NCBI GenBank assembly: GCA_045863855.1
Contig: BTVV01000093.1
Coordinates: 1 to 24,498, forward strand
Length of the DNA stretch: 24,498 bases
Origin: Planctomycetota bacterium
Lineage (GTDB): Bacteria > Planctomycetota > SZUA-567 > H5-PLA8
Direction: 5' to 3'
Below, piece by piece: positions 1-6,473 of the stretch. The stretch's first letter is position 1, and the number at the start of each line of letters is the position of its first letter. Below the pieces are notes generated by a model. The model was not told where the DNA came from, searched no databases, and saw nothing but the letters and a program-made list of their open reading frames with translations. The position numbers and the translations under genes are program-made.

Positions 1-2
1 TC

Positions 3-431
3 ACCGGCAGGCCGCCGTACGACGGTGCGGGCAGTTCGGTGATGCGCCAGCACATCAAGTCCGATCTGCCCGACCCGCGCACCATCAACACCAACATCCC
101 CGAAGCCATAGTCCACGTTCTCGAACGCATGATGGCCAAGGACCCCAACGACCGCTACCAGAACACCAACGAACTCTTCGACGACCTCGAACTGGTCAAG
201 ATGGGGCAGGACCCGTCCACCGACCGGCTCGAAGTCGGCAAGTCGACGATCATCCGCGCGTTCAAGATCGAACAGAAGCTGGCGATGCGCGCCAAGAGCG
301 AAGTCGAAGTCTTGCAGGACGAACTGAAGCGCACGCGGAAGTTCATGGTCTACAGCTTCGTGCTCTCGGGCCTGCTGATGGTGGGCTTGGTGATCGTAGT
401 CTTCCTGATGGTCTTCCGCGGCGGCAGTTAG
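3..431 (+). CDS. Ser/Thr protein kinase, C-terminal part (5' truncated by window), ending in a transmembrane helix
   Basis: Frame reads TGRPPYDG...MRQHI..DLPDP...ERMMAKDPNDRYQ (Hanks kinase subdomains IX-XI), then a coiled-coil-like stretch and a hydrophobic C-terminal segment (FMVYSFVLSGLLMVGLVIVVFLMVF). Confidence 0.9.
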   Translation, partial: TGRPPYDGAGSSVMRQHIKSDLPDPRTINTNIPEAIVHVLERMMAKDPNDRYQNTNELFDDLELVKMGQDPSTDRLEVGKSTIIRAFKIEQKLAMRAKSEVEVLQDELKRTRKFMVYSFVLSGLLMVGLVIVVFLMVFRGGS

Positions 432-511
432 CCGCCGGCGAACCGAATCGCTCCGCACGCACTCGAATTTGCGCCGTCGCATTCCCGCATCCTCTTGATT
501 ACCTTTCTTCC

Positions 512-1420
512 ATGAGCTTGTCGTTCGCGATCGTGGGCGGCGGAGCGCTAGGCGGCTTTTACGGCGTGATGCTCGCCGCCGCCGGGCAGTCCGTCCGCTT
601 CCTGCTGCGCTCGAATTACGAGCAGGCGCGGCGGGAAGGCCTCGCGCTCCAGTCCGCCGCCGGAATCGTCCGCATTCAACCTGCCGAGGTCTATGCGCAA
701 GCCGAGGGAATGCCGCCGTGCGACGTGTTCTGCGTCTGCACCAAATCGGTCGGCAACGCGCGGCTTCCCGAGGTGCTGGGTCCGCTGCTTCGTCCTGGCG
801 CGGTGTTGCTGTGCATGCAAAACGGGCTCGGCGTGGAAGAGGATCTCGCGCGCATCCTGCCCGAAACGCCGCTCGTCGGCGGCCTCTGCTACTTGGGCGC
901 GGTCTCGACAAGCCCCGTGACGGTCCGGCATGTCGGTTACGGGCACCTCAGCCTGGGCGCTTTCGGCCCGTCCGCCCAAGCTTGGCTGGAACCACTCGCC
1001 GCCGCCTTTCGCGCCGCGGGCATCGGCGCGCAAATCGCGGCGAACCTGCAGGAAGCGCGCTGGCGAAAACTGGTCTGGAACATCCCGTTCAACGGGCTCT
1101 GCGCCCAGTACGGGCTCGACACCAGCGCGCTGATGGAACGGCACGAGGACGAGGTCAAGGCGCTGATGCTTGAAGTATGTGCCGGGGCGCGCGCGTGCGG
1201 AGCCGCGGTGGACGACGCCTACTGCGGCCAGATGCTGGAAATCACGCGCGGCCTGCCCGAGTACGAGCCCAGCCTCAAAGTCGATTTCGACCGCCGCCGC
1301 GCACCGGAGTTGCATTACCTGTACGAGCGCCCGCTCGAGGCCGCCCGAGCCTCCGGCCACGAGATGCCGGGCGTGAAAGCGCTTTACGAAAAGCTAAAGG
1401 ATCGCGCGGTGGATTTATAA
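512..1420 (+). CDS. panE: 2-dehydropantoate 2-reductase (ketopantoate reductase, ApbA/PanE family)
   Basis: GGGALGGFYG Rossmann motif, CTKS, MQNGLG, RWRKLVWNIPFN and PSLKVDF...PE motifs of ketopantoate reductases. Confidence 0.9.
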   Translation: MSLSFAIVGGGALGGFYGVMLAAAGQSVRFLLRSNYEQARREGLALQSAAGIVRIQPAEVYAQAEGMPPCDVFCVCTKSVGNARLPEVLGPLLRPGAVLLCMQNGLGVEEDLARILPETPLVGGLCYLGAVSTSPVTVRHVGYGHLSLGAFGPSAQAWLEPLAAAFRAAGIGAQIAANLQEARWRKLVWNIPFNGLCAQYGLDTSALMERHEDEVKALMLEVCAGARACGAAVDDAYCGQMLEITRGLPEYEPSLKVDFDRRRAPELHYLYERPLEAARASGHEMPGVKALYEKLKDRAVDL

Positions 1421-1439
1421 TCCGCTTGCAAAGGATTTC

Positions 1440-2318
1440 ATGAATCCTTATGGGATCGACCTCATGGCGCGTTCCAAGATTGGGCTTTCTAGACTGATTT
1501 TCATCGTGCTGTCCGCGGGCATTTTCCTCGGGATAAACATTACATGGTCTAAGGGTCGAACAGGGTTGGCGTCCGGCATACCTGTGGAATTCGTGGAGGA
1601 GCGGGGATGGCCTGCAATAGCGCACCAGTATTCGGTTCGGACAGGCATTCCGCCAACGGAATGGCGCTCCGAATCTCGTTCAGACTTTTGGCGCGACTTT
1701 AGTGCTTCTGGAGTTTATCCATACGAGGTTCACGAAACTTGGCGTGAGGGAGGATGCGTAACCAACTTTCTCATACTCTTGATCTTTATCGGCCTTTGCT
1801 TGTGCACTAGGCAGATTTCCTTTGTGAAAGATATGGAGTGTCGTAATGATGCAAGTGCTCTAATTGGGTATCATAAGCTCCCCCTGCATCCATTTACTCT
1901 GATTTTCACAACCTTACTATTAATGTCTGTTTTCGAGATTTTTCACTCCGACCATCCCATCTCTGACAAGTTTCGTTACGCCACCATCTACCTTTTCTTA
2001 GTTGCCGTGCTAGTTGCCGCTTTCGAAGCGACGGTACGCTGGGCCTCCGTAAGGATAAACGCGTTCCGACCCCGCATCTCCTTATTGGGAGCCGTCTCAA
2101 TGATGCTCGCCCTTAGCGCCATGCTTCCCTTCGTCATGGAATTCATGCAGATCCAGCGCGGATGGAAGGCCAAACTTCAGGTCATGACTTTGTGCGCGCC
2201 AGTAATGCTTGCCATGCTCTTGGCGGTAAATGGACTTTGCATTTTATATCTTCGAAAAAAATCAAATCACAATGAGCAACACAAACAAGCCGCCAACCAA
2301 TCCGGCAAAGACGATTAA
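1440..2318 (+). CDS. Hypothetical multi-pass membrane protein (low GC)
   Basis: 292-aa ORF with about six hydrophobic segments and an RGWP motif; visibly more AT-rich than flanking genes. Confidence 0.65.
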   Translation: MNPYGIDLMARSKIGLSRLIFIVLSAGIFLGINITWSKGRTGLASGIPVEFVEERGWPAIAHQYSVRTGIPPTEWRSESRSDFWRDFSASGVYPYEVHETWREGGCVTNFLILLIFIGLCLCTRQISFVKDMECRNDASALIGYHKLPLHPFTLIFTTLLLMSVFEIFHSDHPISDKFRYATIYLFLVAVLVAAFEATVRWASVRINAFRPRISLLGAVSMMLALSAMLPFVMEFMQIQRGWKAKLQVMTLCAPVMLAMLLAVNGLCILYLRKKSNHNEQHKQAANQSGKDD

Positions 2319-2331
2319 AGGGATGCGTGCC

Positions 2332-2371
2332 AAAAAAAGCCCGGCCGGCGGAATCACTCCGACGGCCGGGC
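2332..2371 (-). terminator. Rho-independent terminator, minus strand
   Basis: Minus strand reads GCCCGGCCG-T-CGGAG-TGA-TTCCG-C-CGGCCGGGC followed by T7; no U-tract follows the hairpin on the plus strand. Confidence 0.85.
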
Positions 2372-2575
2372 CGGTGAGTACACCGGACTGTCCTCGCAGT
2401 TGGCTCGTCAGCCCCGACGGTTCCCCCCGGGGCTGGCCGACTGCGGCTGTTCGCCGCGTCGGGACACTCCTTCGATTAAACGTCGCTCTCCAGAGCGCCC
2501 TAAGATCGTGACCCTGATGGATAAAGGGAGGCCACGAACGAAAGGATGCGGCCAGGTACTACCGAAAGGTCCGTC

Positions 2576-2626
2576 CTACAAGGACAGCCTCCTCCGGTCA
2601 CCGTAGAGGTTACTACTGCCTGTCAC
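2576..2626 (-). CDS. Putative 16-aa peptide MTGSSNLYGDRRRLSL embedded in the structured RNA
   Basis: GTG start 7 nt after GGAGG of GAAAGGAGGTGG; 16 sense codons then TAG. Confidence 0.4.
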   Translation of the reverse strand: MTGSSNLYGDRRRLSL

Positions 2627-2796
2627 TGGACCACCTCCTTTCGTGCTGCGGCCTCCCTTAGTCATCCTGACCTCCCCCGGAGCGGGTCGGAAGTCGGGGT
2701 TGCCGGCCACCGTTTAGACCGGTACGCACCGACTTGCGGACTGACCTAGGTGTCTACTAACCCAGCCGGAAACCGTCTTTCCGGCTCCATAATCGG

Positions 2797-2825
2797 ATAA
2801 TCGATTACGCACCGGTGCAACTCAA
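2797..2825 (-). promoter_or_regulatory. Possible sigma70-type promoter for the structured RNA
   Basis: Minus strand TTGAGT-N17-GATTAT places the start near 2790, immediately before the first hairpin; the match to consensus is imperfect. Confidence 0.35.
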
Positions 2826-2914
2826 GATATTTTCGCTCGCTTTCCGTTTTGAATAGAAATTATAGGTTCAAGACCCGCTTACGGTTGCGATCTTAATGCG
2901 CTCTGCACGTTTCC

Positions 2915-2941
2915 AAGCACGGCCCATGAACTGCCGTGCTT
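2915..2941. promoter_or_regulatory. 9-bp inverted repeat upstream of the oxidoreductase (operator or leader hairpin)
   Basis: AAGCACGGC-N9-GCCGTGCTT. Confidence 0.3.
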
Positions 2942-3010
2942 ATCGCGTGCGCTTGTGAGCCACCGCACAGGAGCTAACGTGGTAGCTACCTTGGCTCGGA
3001 GCATTCGCCC

Positions 3011-4150
3011 ATGAGTTCAGCTACCCGTCCCATCCGCATCGGCATTGTCGGCTGCGGGCAGATCGCCCAGATCATGCACCTGCCCCACCTGCGCCAGTTG
3101 GACGAACTATTCCAGCTCACGGCGCTCTGCGACGTCTCGCCCGGCGTGCTGGCCTACTGCGGCGAACGCTGGCACGTCGAACCCGCGCAGCGCTACGCTT
3201 CAACCGAAGCGATGGTCGAACGGGCGGGACTCGACGCCGTGCTCGTCTGCGACGTGCTCCATTCCGACGCGAGCGTCACGGCGCTGAACGCCGGCTGTCA
3301 CGTCTTGGTCGAGAAGCCTATGGCCCACAGCCTGCAGGAATGCGACCGCATGCTCGAAGCCGCCGCCAAGAGCGGCAAAACGCTGATGATGGCGTACATG
3401 AAGCGCTTCGACCCGGCCTACGAGTACGCGCAGGCGCGCGTGGCCAAGCGCAGCGACGTTTTCCACGTCCGCGCGCACGACTTCGTCGGGCCGAACGGCG
3501 CGTTCACCGGAGACATTCACCGCACGGTCGTCTTCAAGGACATCCCGCCCGGCAACGACGCGCGGGAGGTCATGCGCAAGCGCATGAACCAGGCGCTGGA
3601 AGGACGCAGCGAGCCGGCGGCCGGGCACGTGTACGGGACACTCCTGGGACTGTGCACGCACGATTTGACCATTCTTCGCGGCATGTTCGGCAGCCCCAAG
3701 CGCGTCAAGTCGGCGCTGTACGGGCGCGGCGGGCGCACCTTCCACGCGCTGCTCGACTACGGCGACCAGATCACCGGCGTCTTCGAGTATGCCAACCTCA
3801 AGCTCAAGAAGTTCGACGAAGTTCTCTCGATCTACGCCGACAGCGAAGTGATCCACGTCAAGTTTCCGAGCCCCTACGTGCCCTTCGCGCCGACGGTGGT
3901 GGAACTGTGGGAACCCGACGGTCCGGGCAAGGCCGACCGCCCCGACGCGCCCGATCTGCCCGATGGTCCCGCGGGGCAGGGCTTCAAGGAATCGTTCGTG
4001 ATGCCCAGCCTCGACGAAGCCTTCCGCCGCGAGTTGCAGCATTTCGCGCATTGCGTGCGCACCGGAGCGAAACCGCGCACGACGCCCGAAGACGGGCGCG
4101 AGGACGTGCGGATGTGCATCGAGATGACCAAAGCCGCGCTGCAAGGCTGA
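3011..4150 (+). CDS. Gfo/Idh/MocA family oxidoreductase
   Basis: IRIGIVGCGQIA NAD-binding motif, HVLVEKPMA, YMKRFDP, and C-terminal F..ELQHF..CV..G..P....DG; ggag SD upstream. Confidence 0.92.
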   Translation: MSSATRPIRIGIVGCGQIAQIMHLPHLRQLDELFQLTALCDVSPGVLAYCGERWHVEPAQRYASTEAMVERAGLDAVLVCDVLHSDASVTALNAGCHVLVEKPMAHSLQECDRMLEAAAKSGKTLMMAYMKRFDPAYEYAQARVAKRSDVFHVRAHDFVGPNGAFTGDIHRTVVFKDIPPGNDAREVMRKRMNQALEGRSEPAAGHVYGTLLGLCTHDLTILRGMFGSPKRVKSALYGRGGRTFHALLDYGDQITGVFEYANLKLKKFDEVLSIYADSEVIHVKFPSPYVPFAPTVVELWEPDGPGKADRPDAPDLPDGPAGQGFKESFVMPSLDEAFRRELQHFAHCVRTGAKPRTTPEDGREDVRMCIEMTKAALQG

Positions 4151-4180
4151 GCCTAAAGTTTAAGCTGCGGAGGCCGTTGC

Positions 4181-5455
4181 ATGGCGCATCCCGAGTTTGC
4201 GAATCCCGCCGAAGTCTTCGAGGCGCTGGGGCTGGGGGCGGAGTTCGAGCCTTGGAAAGCGTCGTGGGCCTCCAGCCAGGCGACCTACCCGGCGCGGCGC
4301 GAGATCCCATGGCTCACCGAAGCGTGGGTCGCCGAAGCCTGCGCGGCCTTGAAGATGCCGGCCGACGCGGCGGAAGCCTTCCAACTCGGGCGGGCATGGC
4401 TGGCGCAACACCCGGCCGCGCGGCGCTTGGCTTGGCACGGGCACGACCTGCTCTTTCACGCACCCGCCGATACGCTCCAGGCCAGCGGGCGCTGGGGCGT
4501 CCTGCCCGAATCGCTCGGGGACGGTGCACGCATGTTCCAGGGCCTGGTGCTCCTGTCCGGGCACCGCATCGTCCGCCAGCGCCATGCCGCGCGAGGCATT
4601 CCCGAAACCATCACCCTCGACACGCTCTCCGATCTGGAACTGTGGACGCGCGAGTACAAACGCCAGACCGGGCACTGGGGCTGCAGGCAGTTCGGCTGGT
4701 TGCGCCATCACTTCACCTGCGATCTATTCAAGCTCGGGCGGCTGCAATTCAATTTCCATCCCTGCCGCTTTCACGTGCATGTCTTACGGCACACGCCGAC
4801 TGGGCGCGTCGTCGCCTTGGCCGAAGACGGGCAGCGCTTTCGCGCAGACGGGCAGTACTGGAACGCCGACCGCACGGAAGCCGAGGACTTCTGGACCAGC
4901 CGCTTCGAATGCGACGGCCGCTTCATTCGCGGGAACCGCATCGATCCGGCCGGCTTCGCCGTGCGCGAACCGGTCGAACTGCCGGTCGACGAATACCGCA
5001 AGGAGTTCGGCTGGGGCGATCACGCGCTGGGCATTCACATCGCCGCCAGCGGACCGATGGACCACGCCGCCTGCGGCGATTCGATGCGCCAAGCGTGCGA
5101 TTTCTTTCCGCGCCACTTTCCGGAATACCGCGTCCGCGGCTTCTGCTGCAGTTCGTGGCTGCTCGACGCGCAGTTCGAGGCGCATTTGGCGCCGGAATCG
5201 AACATCGTCCGTTTCCTGCGCGAGTACTACCTGCTCCCGCTGCCCGGCGCCAACGACGAACAGCACTTCGAGCGCGTATTCGACGGCCCCGTCACCGACC
5301 CCGACCGCGCGCCGCAGAACAGCAGCCTCCAAAAAGCGATGATCCGGCACGTCAAGCAAGGCGGCCGCTGGCGCGGGATGGGGTGCTTCTATTTGCCCGA
5401 GGATCTGAACTGGGGCCAGCAGGTCTACCGGAGGGGCGCAGGCACAAACAAGTAA
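4181..5455 (+). CDS. GNAT-like acyltransferase (NAT_N / GNAT_C, DUF5596-like)
   Basis: H..RGIPE.I..DTLSD, WLRHHF...LFKLGRLQF, IHIAASGPM, CSSWLLD, SNIVRF and SSLQ motifs; GGAGG SD at about 4169. Confidence 0.75.
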   Translation: MAHPEFANPAEVFEALGLGAEFEPWKASWASSQATYPARREIPWLTEAWVAEACAALKMPADAAEAFQLGRAWLAQHPAARRLAWHGHDLLFHAPADTLQASGRWGVLPESLGDGARMFQGLVLLSGHRIVRQRHAARGIPETITLDTLSDLELWTREYKRQTGHWGCRQFGWLRHHFTCDLFKLGRLQFNFHPCRFHVHVLRHTPTGRVVALAEDGQRFRADGQYWNADRTEAEDFWTSRFECDGRFIRGNRIDPAGFAVREPVELPVDEYRKEFGWGDHALGIHIAASGPMDHAACGDSMRQACDFFPRHFPEYRVRGFCCSSWLLDAQFEAHLAPESNIVRFLREYYLLPLPGANDEQHFERVFDGPVTDPDRAPQNSSLQKAMIRHVKQGGRWRGMGCFYLPEDLNWGQQVYRRGAGTNK

Positions 5456-5517
5456 CGCGTAAACGAGAACTGGAAAACGCAGCCGCCCAGGCGGTCGATT
5501 TACGTGCGCGTAACGTC

Positions 5518-6069
5518 CTACGCGTTCGCTGCGAGCGCTTCTTCGTAGGTTCCGAAAATCCGCAACGTCGCTTCGAGGCCCAGCGTCTCCATCATCTTGC
5601 GCGCTTCGACGGGCACATGGACAAGCTTCAGGTTCAGGCGGTCGTTGAGGTTCAGCAGCAAACCCAAGCCGGCGGTGCCGAGCGGGCGGACTTGGCTGAG
5701 ATCCACAATGAGGTTCTTCGCGCCGTAGCGCTGCAAGCGGTAGACCTCCTTGTCCAGCCGCAGCGCCGTCAGGCTGTCGAGCGGTCCGTGCAGATCCATG
5801 GCGAAGAGCGAGGGCTTGATTTCGAGCGCGCGCATCTCCAGCTTCACGTCCACGCGCTGCTCGGTCTCCTCGAAGAGCACATCTTCTTCGTGCAGATCGA
5901 CGCTTTGATGCGTTCCGCTCGCGACGGCCAGATCGGCGAACCCGCGCACGGCTTCCTGGCGCGCTTCCTGAGCGCTGTCGCAGCCCAGTTGGGCCACGAA
6001 GCGCAGAATGCGCCCGGTGTTCTTCTCCAACGCCGTGCCGTAGGGAATGACCACTCGATAACAAGCCAT
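5518..6069 (-). CDS. STAS-domain (anti-sigma factor antagonist-like) protein with an extra N-terminal domain
   Basis: C-terminal LHGPLD...LIVDLSQV..LGTAGLGLLL...LKLVHV.....MMETLGL...IF..YEEAL STAS pattern; start placed at ATG 6069. Confidence 0.75.
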   Translation of the reverse strand: MACYRVVIPYGTALEKNTGRILRFVAQLGCDSAQEARQEAVRGFADLAVASGTHQSVDLHEEDVLFEETEQRVDVKLEMRALEIKPSLFAMDLHGPLDSLTALRLDKEVYRLQRYGAKNLIVDLSQVRPLGTAGLGLLLNLNDRLNLKLVHVPVEARKMMETLGLEATLRIFGTYEEALAANA

Positions 6070-6199
6070 GATACGCTTCCGAAACGTTCGAATACCGCCG
6101 CAACCAACTTCCCTGCCCAAAAACAAGCGTACAGGCTGGCGTTTGGAATACAATTCCAACGCAGCCAATCCCGGTCACTTCTTCTCAAAGGATACGCGC

Positions 6200-6472
6200 A
6201 TGGACATCCGCAGCTTTCAGGATCTGATCCGCAAAGTCTACCTCGAAAAAGACAGCGCCCGCGGCCTGGACGGTACGTTCATGTACTTCGTCGAAGAAGT
6301 GGGCGAACTGGCCACCGCGCTTCGTGAGGAAGACCGCGCCGCGCAGGCCGGCGAGTTCGCCGACGTCTTCGCCTGGCTGCTCTCGCTGGCCAACCTCGCC
6401 GGGATCGATATGGAAGAAGCGCTGGAGAAGTACAAAGACGGCGGGGACATCCACAAAAGCCCGAAGCCGTGA
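6200..6472 (+). CDS. MazG-like nucleotide pyrophosphohydrolase (single domain)
   Basis: FQ..I...Y..KD..RG...TF...VEEVGELA.ALR...EFADVFAWL.SLAN..GID; AAGGA SD before ATG 6200. Confidence 0.88.
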   Translation: MDIRSFQDLIRKVYLEKDSARGLDGTFMYFVEEVGELATALREEDRAAQAGEFADVFAWLLSLANLAGIDMEEALEKYKDGGDIHKSPKP

Positions 6473-6473
6473 A

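Larger units (their letters stand above)
2332..2790 (-). ncRNA. Candidate large structured RNA (about 455 nt), unassigned family, containing a sequestered extended Shine-Dalgarno and an sORF
   Basis: Gene-free interval with eight or more helices found by eye (e.g. 2764-2772/2778-2786, 2691-2697/2729-2735, 2524-2555/2626-2659, 2484-2497, 2385-2393/2462-2470, 2371-2386). G-U pairs and a GGAA tetraloop fit the minus strand, which also has its own terminator and a plausible promoter. Confidence 0.7.

Noticed and set aside
2383..2395. Minus-strand GAGGACAGUCCGG resembles the RNase P RNA motif GAGGAAAGUCCGG and follows a P3-like hairpin
   Set aside because: It lies at the 3' end of the element rather than near the 5' end. 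The other RNase P conserved regions (AGUGCAACAG, GGUAAAC..GAGCAAG, ACAGAA..CGGCUUA) were not found, and the segment already pairs locally with GGAGUGUCC. A cmscan is still worthwhile.
2230..2749. Plus-strand ORFs of 67-93 aa across the structured interval
   Set aside because: No SD, no codon bias and no motifs; the region is better explained by RNA structure.
2332..2790. tmRNA, 6S, SRP or 16S rRNA fragment as the identity of the structured region
   Set aside because: There is no tRNA-like T-arm or CCA end, no AA-ending tag ORF and no SRP helix 8 motif. It is too long and branched for 6S, and the 16S-like match is confined to 17 nt.
3340..6327. 995-aa plus-strand ORF
   Set aside because: Arg/Ala/Gly-rich shadow frame overlapping four genes with recognisable motifs; typical high-GC artefact.
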